The translations under genes were made by a program, and so were the position numbers. DNA of 64,000 nucleotides from Glycera tridactyla (taxonomy: Eukaryota). The stretch spans positions 31,062,001-31,126,000 of the forward strand of contig OZ286476.1 in assembly GCA_965644265.1 (NCBI GenBank). Reading direction: 5' to 3'. Below the pieces are notes generated by a model. The model made no database searches. It saw nothing but the letters and a program-made list of their open reading frames with translations, and was not told where the DNA came from. Shown here piece after piece: positions 23,481 through 34,015 of the stretch. Numbering within the stretch: the stretch's first letter is position 1; every line of letters begins with the position of its first letter.

Positions 23481-24612
23481 GTGAGTAAAAGTAGGCCCAA
23501 ATCGCTGTTGCGTGAGTAAAAGTAGGCCCAGATCACTGTCGCGTGAGTAAAAGTAGGCCCAGATCACTGTCGCGTGAGTAAAAGTAGGCCCAGATCACTG
23601 TCGCGTGAGTAAAAGTAGGCCCAGATCACTGTCGCGTGAGTAAAAGTAGGCCCAGATCACTGTCGCGTGAGTAAAAGTAAGCCCAGATTACTGTTGCATG
23701 AGTAAAAGTAGACCCAGATCACTGTCGCGTGAGTAAAAGTGGGCCCAGATCACTGTCGCATGAGTAAAAGTAGGCCCACATCACTGTCGCATGAGTAAAA
23801 GTAGGCCCAGATCAATGTCGCGTGAGTAAAAGTAGGCCCAGATCACTGTCGCGTGAGTAAGTGGTCCCAGATCACTGTCGCGTGAGTAAAAGTGGGCCCA
23901 GATCACTGTCGCGTGAGTAAAAGTGGGCCCAGATCACTGTCGCGTGAGTAAAAGTGGGCCCAGATCACTGTCGCGTGAGTAAAAGTGGGCCCAGATCACT
24001 GTCGCGTGAGTAAAAGTGGGCTCAGATCACTGTCGCGTGAGTAGAAGTGGGCTCAGATCACTGTCGCGTGAGTAAAAGTGGGCTCAGATCACTGTCGCGT
24101 GAGTAAAAGTGGGCTCAGATCACTGTCGCGTGAGTAAAAGTGGGCTCAGATCACTGTCGCGTGAGTAAAAGTGGGCTCAGATCACTGTCGCGTGAGTAAA
24201 AGTGGGCTCAGATCACTGTCGCGTGAGTAAAAGTGGGCTCAGATCACTGTCGCGTGAGTAAAAGTGGGCTCAGATCACTGTCGCGTGAGTAAAAGTGGGC
24301 TCAGATCACTGTCGCGTGAGTAAAAGTGGGCTCAGATCACTGTTGCGTGAGTAAAAGTGGGCTCAGATCACTGTTGCGTGAGTAAAAGTGGGCTCAGATC
24401 ACTGTTGCGTGAGTAAAAGTGGGCTCAGATCACTGTTGCGTGAGTAAAAGTGGGCTCAGATCACTGTTGCGTGAGTAAAAGTGGGCTCAGATCACTGTTG
24501 CGTGAGTAAAAGTGGGCTCAGATCACTGTCGCGTGAGTAAAAGTGGGCTCAGATCACTGTCGCGTGAGTAAAAGTGGGCTCAGATCACTGTCGCGTAAGT
24601 AAAATTAGGCTC
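23481..24612 (+). repeat. 31-bp minisatellite, 36 units (GTGAGTAAAAGTAGGCCCAGATCACTGTCGC)
   Basis: Direct tandem units from 23481 to the last donor-like site at 24595 (1114 = 36x31 - 2; one unit lacks 2 nt). Confidence 0.97.
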
Positions 24613-25275
24613 ACTAAAGTCGTCGATGCAGAAATGAATATTGGAGGTACAGATAAGAGCACGTTACGATACATACCGATGAAATGGGATATGGTAAACT
24701 GTATTTCAATTGATTGAACGCTTCATGAGCTCAGATACCAGATGTTATACAGTCACCAGGATAGCTTGGTAACCGTTGCTATGGCAACGAATGCCGGGCA
24801 GATAATCAATTTCAGGACATTTTGGTATGGCACAGTACCATCTTTCGATCATTTGGCTAAAACTAGTCCACGATGTTTCAAATCGACCTCGATCTTCATG
24901 CACGCCGACTGGGATATCAAAGGCCGGCGTTGTGTTTATAGGTCATATAAAATTATGCACATAAGAACTTCACATATTTTATTATCTGCAGGAATTAGCA
25001 GTATTCATACAAATATGGAGTGTGCATGCTAACCCAGTGCATGCCGACTAGGATATCATAAGGCTGGCAGTTTGTGATTCGTCCCGTATGTGTGGTAAAA
25101 ACCACACGTGTCTTGCAAACAGCAGACACGTCCCCCACGCCTACCCCCCCCCCCCCAACACACCCCCACCCCCCCCCCCCCCCGCCGTCAACGGTGCGTC
25201 CTTTCTTCAGTGGTCCTTCCAAGGTCGATCATATCGTACGGGAAAATGCTGAAGACCAACATTTCTCTCTTCCAG

Positions 25276-25465
25276 GTTCTCCGGTTCGTCGAATGTGTCA
25301 CCCTCGGAGTCGAATGAACAGGGAACTTCCGCTGAACAGGGAACATCGAATGCGATAGCCTATGGACAGGGAACATCGGACGTGACTCCGTATGGACAGC
25401 TATTCATCTCCCCCGACGGTGCGAACCTGGATGTCAACTACCTCATCACAGCGCCAGCAGATAAC
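25276..25465 (+). CDS. Secreted 3xCUB protein, coding exon 5 (S/T/G-rich linker + start of CUB2)
   Basis: TTTCTCTCTTCCAG| phase 2; FSGSSNVSPSESNEQGTSAEQGTSNAIAYGQGTSDVTPYGQLFISPDGANLDVNYLITAPADN|GTAGGT, phase 0. Confidence 0.88.
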
Positions 25466-26200
25466 GTAGGTGGTCTCGGAAGTTCTGTCATGGGATCTTG
25501 TCACTGCCGTGCCCGGTCTCTGCCACCAGCCTGGGTTAAACCCGCCTGGGCTGCCCTGGGTTGGCCTTGTCAATATCATTTGTAATTTTGTCAGTAATAA
25601 CGATATAATTTGGGTAGAGGATCACAATATCATGTTTCATGTAGAATTGATTCACACAAATGTGAGAAAAGTGACCATATTGCCAAGTTGTTAACAAGCA
25701 TAACGTGCACTTTTAGGCAAGTTCTTGAGATACCCGAAATCAAGGTAACCCTTTCACTCAACACTCTAGCGTGAGACCTCTCCGTGATGAACGACACTTC
25801 TCTCGGGTTTCTTTCTACCTTATGTAAGGTTCTCCAGTGATGCACCTATTGAATTCCTTCACAAAGACTGGTGTCGATTCCATCTTCAATCATATCAACT
25901 TGGGATCAGCTGGCCTTTGAATATTTGGCCAGCATAGAGCCCTGGCATGTCTGTCCTTCACAATGAGCTGTGTGTAAGTATGCACACGTTTTTGTGCATT
26001 TGTGCCTTGGATTGCTTAGAATAAAATCTGCAGTCAGTGTTAGTATGCATGTTGTGATACAGGGCCAGTCGAGCTTCGGTGTCATCGACACTCTGGTTTC
26101 TAACTTCTGGTTTTCAAATTCATTGGAATCTCACCTATTGCTAACCAAGGTTGATCTGGTTGCGTGGATGGCGGATTAAATGGGATAATCTTGATTGTAG

Positions 26201-26438
26201 GTAATCCAGATGGAGATTCATAGCCTGCAGATTCAGGACACGGATGGTTGTACGGCGGACAGACTGCTGGTGTATGAGGGAAACAGTGATGAGGCGCCAC
26301 TCCGCGCCACCCTGTGCGGCTCCATCACCAGCACCAACCTGCTCTCTACGGGCAATCAATTCTACGTCAACTACGTCACCAATGACGACGACGTCACCTC
26401 CTCCTTCGCCTTCGATATCGTCTACCACCCTGCCGCAT
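26201..26438 (+). CDS. Secreted 3xCUB protein, coding exon 6 (CUB2)
   Basis: TTGATTGTAG| VIQMEIHSLQIQDTDGCTADRLLVYEG...LCGS...STGNQFYVNYVTND...FAFDIVYHPAA T|GTGAGT, phase 1; alternative in-frame acceptor at 26210. Confidence 0.9.
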
Positions 26439-26559
26439 GTGAGTATTCACGTAAAAATGTCGATGTCGTGGTTCATTTGTAAAGTCGGGTGAACTTGCTA
26501 AGGATACCAATTACGTTTCTTGGCAGGTCTGTTCTAGCTTGACTTTCTCATCTCCTTGG

Positions 26560-26790
26560 AGAGTATAAAACCACAGAGTTAGCTGCAAGCACTCAAGAAT
26601 CCCCATAACCGCCCATATACTGAGTACCAATGCACACCTGGGTGAAGTGGATGTGGGGAGTACAGAGGTCCCACTCAGTTACCTCCACACAGAAGTGCCG
26701 CCTGATTGAGTAGCGCAGATCATACATATCCGTGGGATGGTGTAGGTCTGATATGGCATGGGGCACCTTTGTGAAAGTGAATATCTGCTG
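26560..26790 (-). mobile_element. SINE family B partial copy
   Basis: CACACCTGGGTGAAGTGG..GTACAGAGGTCCCACTCAGTTACC..CACACAGAAG homologous to 7555-7680. Confidence 0.65.
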
Positions 26791-27153
26791 GGGACTGACC
26801 ATCTAGATCTTCGAATTTAGCGCTCTCCCGAATTCCGCGAAGAGTGAAAAGTCCAAACTCACTCAACCGATGTGAGAGTGTAAATTTCTCAGTTTGATCA
26901 GAAAGTTTGATTTTTTGTGAGGACAGAACACTGTTTTGACTCCTTCAACAAATAATTCTCTTAAAGATGACTTTGCATATACCTGCACATGTTTGATTCT
27001 GAAGAAGGTCCTGAGCAAGAAATGGTTTGCTATTCCGAAGATAGTCACTGAAATGACGGATAAGTTGGAATTCACGTCATGACCAGCCATTCTCTCACAC
27101 TAATGTCTCTCTCTGGAGAAATCCTACTTTGAGCTTGTTTTCGAACAAATTCA

Positions 27154-27558
27154 GGAGAGTGAGATTATATTCTGGAGAGTGAGATTATATTCTGGAGAGT
27201 GAGATTATATTCTGGAGAGTGAGATTATATTCTGGAGAGTGAGATTATATTCTGGAGAGTGAGATTATATTCTGGAGTGAGATTATATTCTGGAGTGAGA
27301 TTATGTTCTGGAGAGTGAGATTATGTTCCGGAGAGTGAAATTATGTTCCGTAGAGTGAAATTATGTTCCGTAGAGTGAAATTATGTTCCGTAGAGTGAAA
27401 TTATGTTCCGGAGAGTGAAATTATGTTCCGGAGAGTGAAATTATGTTCCGGAGAGTGAAATTATGTTCCGGAGAGTGAAATTATGTTCCGGAGAGTGAAA
27501 TTATGTTCCGGAGAGTGAAATTATGTTCCGGAGAGTGAAATTATGTTCCGGAGAGTGA
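27154..27558. repeat. 20-bp minisatellite, ~20 units (GGAGAGTGAGATTATATTCT grading to GGAGAGTGAAATTATGTTCC)
   Basis: Period 20 visible line to line; two units shortened by 2 nt near 27280-27300. Confidence 0.95.
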
Positions 27559-27639
27559 TTTCTCGAGTCTGCTTTTCCGACAGGCGAGTGAATGAAAGTA
27601 GTTCGTAAAGACGGTCTTATCTTTGTTACTCGATTACAG

Positions 27640-27823
27640 TGCTGGAATGTCCGAGCCTGCTGTCGGTGATGTCCAACTCAACCCTCCTGTCCCCTGGCTA
27701 CGAAGAGGGCATTTATGGTGACAACCTCAACTGTCTGTGGCGGTTGAAGGCACCGACCGGTAAAAATCTGCAACTGAGAATCGTGGAACTGGACATCGAG
27801 GGCTCGGAGGAAAACACATGCAT
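27640..27823 (+). CDS. Secreted 3xCUB protein, coding exon 7 (CUB3 N-half)
   Basis: GATTACAG| LECPSLLSVMSNSTLLSPGYEEGIYGDNLNCLWRLKAPTGKNLQLRIVELDIEGSEENTC AT|GTACGT, phase 1 to 2. Confidence 0.92.
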
Positions 27824-28156
27824 GTACGTTTTTTTTTTGTGGAAATGTTATTCTCAAAAAGCATTGATGAACCTATTACATGCTTGGAGGGCAATCAGAA
27901 ATAAGAATATATGTACAACATCAACATATATATATATAGATTAGATTTATAATGGTAAGCGCGCTTTCACCTATATACCACCAGAATTAATTCCCAAGTT
28001 ACTATTTTTATCCCGTGACATTTTCATAAACTTCATCAAATCCAAATGTGGTGGGGTACGTTTCACGCGATAAGATTCCCATTTCTCGTCTGACCTGAGT
28101 TTTAATGGCACGAATGTATTATATGTCTGCCGGCGTTCATCAAATTTGATACTCTA

Positions 28157-28285
28157 TCAGGTTCCCAATCATCTTGTGTTCAGGGTTTGTGAGTGATGTA
28201 TGCAGGGGAGATTATCTAGCTTGCAATAATCAGGGAAATATGGCATACATGACCCTAGGGTTGATACATGCCGTTAAATCTCACA
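28157..28285 (+). mobile_element. SINE family A copy
   Basis: CAGGTTCCCAATCATCTTGTGTTCAGGGTTTGTGAGTGATG..GGGTTGATACATGCCGTTAAATCTC. Confidence 0.8.
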
Positions 28286-28399
28286 CATTGTGAGTTTTTC
28301 AGCATGGTGTCGCTAAATAATAATCTATCAGTGTGAAAAGCTTCCCGCTGGAGGACGAACAATACTTATCAAATATCGTCATCTTCTATGGATGATCCC

Positions 28400-28628
28400 A
28401 CCTGCGTGAGGGTGGATGAGTCTCAACGTCCGGTTACCCAGTGCATGCCAACTGGATTATCGGAGGTTGGCCGTGAGAATGCGATTCTGTTCCTGTATGC
28501 ACGTGAAAGAACCACTGCTGTCCTTCGCGAAGAGTATTGATGGCCCAGCCAGCAGTGCGTCCTTTCGTCAACTTTTTCAGTCCGATATAACCCAAGGTGG
28601 TTGAAAGGACGTTAAACCCAAACAAACT
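28400..28628 (+). mobile_element. SINE family D (3' part), tail GGACGTTAAACCCAAACAAAC
   Basis: CCCAGTGCATGCC(A/G)ACT.GA core also at ~22455 and ~25033; GCACGTGAAAGAACC motif and SINE-type tail. Confidence 0.5.
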
Positions 28629-29125
28629 CCACATACGGGTATCAGAGTGGAACAAGTGATACACACAACTTTCCCCACTGCGCAACTTCACCAAATATTC
28701 TTTCTCATCTAGCATCACAAATGTATCGAAAACTATATTTGTGGGTGTTTCGATAATGGTTCGCATCAGAACGAACATATACTCGCAACCTGACTTGTGA
28801 GGTTGCTCCCTTGTTATGAATTTTCACACATTGCTCACGCCTCTCAACTCAATGTCCTGCAGAATAGCCCACAAATATCGTTGTCAATATTTCCACGGAG
28901 GAATTGTGTAAATTCATTGATATAGAATAGATATAGAAGAAAGGATGAGAAGGTTAAGCCGAATATATGCATCCATATTGCTGCTGTTATCACTGCAGGG
29001 GCTTCCTGCTCATCGCTTCTTCCACTCTAGTACCCGTATGTAGCGTTTCGCTGGCCGCGGGTGTGGCGGAAACGCGTGGCGGAAATGGTGCAATTATTTA
29101 AATAACCTGGTACTCTTTCTTGCAG

Positions 29126-29192
29126 AAATGATTTCCTGAGAATCACCGACGGAGAACAGACCATCGAGATGTGTGGAAGTGAAGAAATACCC
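29126..29192 (+). CDS. Secreted 3xCUB protein, coding exon 8 (CUB3)
   Basis: CTCTTTCTTGCAG| (I)NDFLRITDGEQTIEMCGSEEIP |GTGAGT, phase 2 to 0. Confidence 0.9.
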
Positions 29193-30479
29193 GTGAGTAG
29201 AGCCATGACTTTAAGACTGAAATTGACGTGCTCGGCGAGGTCTTACACATGTGTCAGCGATAACTATCGTCGAAGACCGCCTGAGCAATACAGACGGGCC
29301 AGATACAACGAATGTTCGTACTGTTGGCCTACATATACTTGTGAGGGACCAGGGAAGAATCTCTTTGTTGTAGTACAACCAACGACGATTCCAGATCCAA
29401 TACAGCTTTTATTCCCCAAGGATACAGCAAAGTACAGCAATGTACAGCGGTTGTGGGGAAGGCCAGGAATGCTTCAGAACTGGCTTCACGAAGTCCAACC
29501 ACACGCAGTCCTCAGGAGAATTCTGAAGCTTCCATCTCACACCACAGCTATACATATAGTTGGTTGACAACCAGTTCACAAAGGTACCTCATACACACCT
29601 CTTGCACAATCACATGTCCAAACAGGTTCTCACGTCGCGACGTCACGACTCACGGTCAAGGACACGTCCTTTACTCATATGCACCACTATGACAAATGAA
29701 TATATTGTATAAGAGTCGGCATGAATAGAATCAGACAGGAGCAGCCATAAAGGTGAAAAATACGTCTTGACTCATGTAGAGATGTGCGTCGCAGTATTTT
29801 CGCAACGACGTTCGCCTAACCCTAAGATACCATATCCGAAACCCCAGATATCATCATGTTTCATGAATCAGTATTTTGGCGTTGAGACATTTTAGGACAA
29901 ACATGAAAACGAAACTCTAGAAAGACCTCTTCGGCCTTAACAACGGGCAACCCAAAATTGTGCCCCCTCTTTGGGGCAACTGTAGACGTTCCCGTGCCCT
30001 TGGACTGTTGCCACCTCGTCCTCGACCGGCAGCCAGACATCTTGGTACATGGTATAAGTAAAGTAGGGCCATATCGCATGCACTGCATACATGAGGGGCA
30101 AAACTCGCGTGGGTAAAAACACCCAGGGAGCCACAGAGGCTTTGCCCTTAGGGGCCCGGCCTGAATTGGCGAACCTAAAACACACGGGAGGCTTTGTCCC
30201 CCCCCCCCCCCCCCACAACTCCACAAATATTGGTTTACAAAAAGAACAGAATAAATTCGAACAGGAACCTTTATGGAGTAGTCATTTACTGTTAAAATAC
30301 TAGCACGGTCCCAGCCCAGGGTGGCTTTATACAGGTGGTCTTTAGGGAAGGTTCGACTATTTCCTTGATCTGTCATGGACGGTGCTGGTTGCACCACTGG
30401 GCTTCATCAGAATCAGGGGGCTATTGTCCATCTAGCAAAGGGGAGAGGTATTGTCAATCTGGCAAGTTTACCACCGTGC

Positions 30480-30615
30480 ATGTTTCCCATCTCGTGTTCA
30501 GGGACTGTGTAAGCAATGCCTGCAGGGGACAGAACATCTGATTCCAATTGACGCGGAACACACGGCATACATAATCATGTAGGTTGATACATGCTGTTAA
30601 ACCTTACCCGAACCA
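30480..30615 (+). mobile_element. SINE family A copy (diverged)
   Basis: GTGTTCAGGG..CCTGCAGGGGACAGAACATCT..GGAACACACGGCATACATAATC..GTTGATACATGCTGTTAAACC. Confidence 0.7.
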
Positions 30616-30702
30616 AACTACCCGCCCCCCCCCCCCCCCCCCACAAAATAAAATGGAAAAAAGAAAAATCCGCTCAATATTGTAAACTTTTTTCTTTTTC
30701 AG

Positions 30703-30804
30703 GAAGATACGTTCGTGATGGGTGACGATGTTACGCTACTTTTCCATTCTGACGAAGCTGTATCGGTCGGCAGGTGGAAGATCGAAGTGGAACATTTGAT
30801 ATAA
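30703..30804 (+). CDS. Secreted 3xCUB protein, coding exon 9 (end of CUB3, stop)
   Basis: TTTTTCTTTTTCAG| EDTFVMGDDVTLLFHSDEAVSVGRWKIEVEHLI*; TAA at 30802-30804; total CDS 1263 nt = 420 aa. Confidence 0.9.
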   Translation, partial: EDTFVMGDDVTLLFHSDEAVSVGRWKIEVEHLI

Positions 30805-30889
30805 CGAGGTACATTGCATCGCCCTTGTAAACTCCCGCTCTGAAAAGAATCCCTCAGACTGTGTCGAGATTCCAGTATGCATTGTAATT

Positions 30890-31100
30890 TTCACATGGAT
30901 GTGACATCAGGTATCAGGCGTTGAGTATTGCTTGTGGTATTCAACAGCTGAGTGAGAGCTACTTCTCGATCATTTCTCCCCTATTGTATATGATAAAAGC
31001 AAGACTCTATGACCGTGAGGGAAAATGCAATACCAAACTCCGTGTGAATTTCATATGTTGGGATTGCGTTTTTACTTCACGGCCATATAGTCTTGCTATA
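30890..31100 (+). repeat. Dispersed repeat family C, copy 3 (in presumptive 3' UTR)
   Basis: Closely matches 20470-20675, including terminal CACGGCCATATAGTCTTGCTATA. Confidence 0.75.
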
Positions 31101-31282
31101 TGGTGTGGCCCCCAGCGACTACCCATGTAATATTCATGGGTGGAATATTGCTCAGGGCAGCCGTGATCCGGAAGATTTTCTTGGAAATGGTCACTACCTA
31201 TTACAATAGATGTCTAGTTGAGACCAGTGAACAAATATATTTAATTCTGCTTTTCATAGAATGAGAACTCATTATTAATGTC

Positions 31283-31440
31283 TTAGCTACTTCCACTCGA
31301 CAAACTTCCAGGTTCAACATTATCATGTGTTCAGGGTTTGTGTGAGATGTATGCAGGGGAGAGAATATCTAGCTTTCATTGACCAGGAACACTCGGCATA
31401 CACAAGCCTAGGGTTGATGCTTTCCATTAAACAGACAACA
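31283..31440 (+). mobile_element. SINE family A copy
   Basis: AGCTACTTCCACTCGACAAAC..GTGTTCAGGGTTTGTG..GACCAGGAACACTCGGCATACAC. Confidence 0.8.
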
Positions 31441-32074
31441 CCCTTGTAACACAATTTTTAGATTTTCCTACATATTGAGATGAAATATCTGATGCCTGCA
31501 TGTTTTGTGTTGCAGGATGAGTGTGTGGACTGCCGGGATCAGGTGGATGAGCGAGATGGAGGTGTGAACGTGGCGGCTGCTCAACTGCTCACGCTCAACC
31601 TACTAACACCCCCCGTGTTTCATTGTAATTATTGGAATAATATATAGTTGAAAATCACTCGAATTCGTTCTTTATTTTGTAATCTGCAGGATTCACTATT
31701 CCGTCATGTTCATGAGGTCGTTGTTAGGGTGGGGAGGGGTCGAATAGCTTGGTACCCCACAACAACGCTATAGGTGAATTGGGTCGCCACGGCTCAGCTC
31801 CATCTAGCGTCGTTAGCGGGCACTAGACCAGGGTCGAACAGTGCCTAGACCACCCAGGGTCGCATCAAAAGTGGCAATTGTAGGCAGGATGGCTTTCTAA
31901 GGCGAATTGTCGAAGGAGCGATCGCGGCTATGGCCAAGTTGCTATTGTAGGCAGGTGGCATTCTATCGAGTCTCTTTTAACATGAAAATGCAGCGATTTA
32001 AGATGTATAGATCAAGCAAATCATTCGTCAACCTATTTTCATAATGAAAGCGATATTCATTTCCATGAATAATG

Positions 32075-32238
32075 TTATCTGAACTGTCGGCTACTTTCAT
32101 TTGACAACTTTCAGGTTATCACATCATCTTGTGTTCAGGGTTTGTGAGTGATGTCTGCAGGGGGGAGATAACATGGACCAGGAATACACGGCATACATAA
32201 TCCCGCGAGTTGAGACATGCCGTTAAACGTCAAACAAA
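32075..32238 (+). mobile_element. SINE family A copy
   Basis: TCTGAACTGTCGGCTACTTTC..GGGTTTGTGAGTGATGTCTGCAGGGG..ATGCCGTTAAACGTCAAACAAA. Confidence 0.8.
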
Positions 32239-33101
32239 GGCAATTGTTGGTATTTATGGAAGAGAATCTAGTAGGTGGGGCATTCTCCTCGATTGGCCCC
32301 TGACAGTGACGATAACGGTCTTCAATACAGTTATCTGACTCCGGGTATACAATACATACAGCAATTAGCCCGGGTATTCTGGATAAGGCTGTATTTGCTA
32401 TGTGGATAGTAGCACAAAAAGATAGAGCATGGTGATGAAATAAAATGAATTTATGGCTACCACTCCCGAACGCATTTCATTCATATCCCCCGAAAAAATA
32501 TATATTCTGCTACCCATTCACACATTCATATCCTAAACGATGAATTTGTGCAGTTATCCGCATTGGTTCAAAGTTGAATGCATAGCGTTTGAATTCGCCT
32601 CTGGATCATTGAGCACTATCTAGATTCCATCTCGTGCTGCCTTGACACTAACGCGGTCGGGAGCCGAATTGTGACGAATTGCTTCGTGTTAATCTGCGGC
32701 GAATTGGCGAAAGACTTTCATGTAAAATCGGCTCAGTGTAAGAGCAAAACGATAGCCGCGGTTTGGCGCCGGAAAACTTCCATATATGACACTGGTTGAT
32801 TGGTGTCCACTACAACACCCGCCAATTACATCAAGGCCACTACGACCCCTCCCATTCTGTATGCAAACCTTGTCAGTCTGTCTCTCATCCTCGGCAATAT
32901 GCCCCAGTCTGTGTTATATACTTGTGCCATATGCGCCATTCTGCTTCATTCTCTTGTCAGACCATAACAAATCCGCGTCCAATCTGTCTCAATCTGACAG
33001 TACGTGTCCAATCATGCTTCAAACCTTGTGAAGACTATGACGAAACTGCCGCAGATTTATCACATAAAGAGGCAGACTGCAGCAGGTCCAACACGGATTC
33101 A

Positions 33102-33860
33102 TTATGTCTCTCCCCCCCCCCCCCCCCGATGGGGGAGACATATAGAATTCATATTGTCCGTCTGTCCGTCTGTCCGTCTGTCTTGTCTGTCACAAAACCT
33201 TGTGAGCAGGATTGCAGCAAACTACTCATTCGAATTTGATGAAATTTGGCAGGCATACCTCTTGGGAGGGTCTAATGAAGTGATTAGATTCTGGTCCATG
33301 TGACATGATTTTCAAGATCACCAGGGGCAAAAATTTCTCTGAAATTTCACCAAAAAGGTACCCTAATTAAACTCAGTCTGTATTGTGACCTCTCCGAAAT
33401 GAACGCATTTCCCATGCCTCTCCATTCATGTTATGTAAGATATTCTTCGGTCTCTGACAATGCTCTTTTGTCCTGCTCTAATGACTTGACGTTGATTTCA
33501 TCTTCCCTCTCTCCTCAAACAAAAGCCCAAATTTAATTAACTTCCCTGTTTGTGTATGCTCCTTGTTGCTACCTGTGAATATTCAATGGCTATTATACTT
33601 GGCATATTGGTATATAGTCAAACCTCCTCTAAAGACCACCTCGCTATAAAGACCACCTCGCTATAAAGACCACCTTCCTATGAAGACCACCCTGAGCTGC
33701 GACCATGGTAGTATTCTCAATAGTGAATGACCTCTCTATAAAGACCACTTCCCTATAAAGGCCACTTTTTGATGTGACCGAAGGCGGTCTTTATTGAGAG
33801 GTTCGACTCATTGCTGTTAGCGATTTGACAGTCATAGCCCCTGTGTTGGTCCACTGGTGT
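33102..33860 (+). mobile_element. Non-autonomous Helentron (HINE/DINE-1-like), 3'-truncated copy A
   Basis: TTATGTCTC(C)n..GGGGGAGACATA 5' inverted pair, (GTCC/GTCT)n microsatellite, body near-identical to 34016-34770. Confidence 0.8.
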
Positions 33861-34015
33861 AGGTGTGTGTCTGTGCCTGTGTCTGTGCCTGTGTCTGTGC
33901 CTGTGTCTGTGCCTGTGTCTGTGCCTGCGCGTGTGAATACCCCATGGCTACCAAACTTGTGATATTGGTATCCAATTGAGAATTTTTGCCAACCACCATC
34001 CCCCCCCCCCCAGAA

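Noticed and set aside
23481-24612. CRISPR-like array interpretation of the 31-bp, 59-71-bp and 20-bp arrays
   Set aside because: Units are contiguous with no unique spacers, there are no cas genes, and the context is a spliced eukaryotic gene.
25135-25190. C-runs as functional G-quadruplex near exon 5
   Set aside because: Similar 12-16-nt C-runs occur throughout the window (30200, 30625, 33110, 46345, 46585), so no specific signal.
28434-28778. 114-aa minus-strand ORF as a transposase fragment
   Set aside because: It is largely the antisense of a SINE-type 3' end (GACGTTAAACCCAAAC); no conserved motif.
29169-29567. 132-aa ORF continuing from exon 8
   Set aside because: Read-through past a strong GTGAGT donor; the CUB fold is completed properly by exon 30703-30804.
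30385-30420. Minus-strand CTGATGAAGCCCAGTGGTGCAAC resembling a minimal hammerhead
   Set aside because: Stem II is incomplete and GAAA is replaced; no closing stems found.
31517-31562. Possible small exon (TGTTGCAG|GATGAGTGTGTGGACTGC..)
   Set aside because: Lies after the CUB stop codon, has a weak donor and no partner exons; insufficient support.
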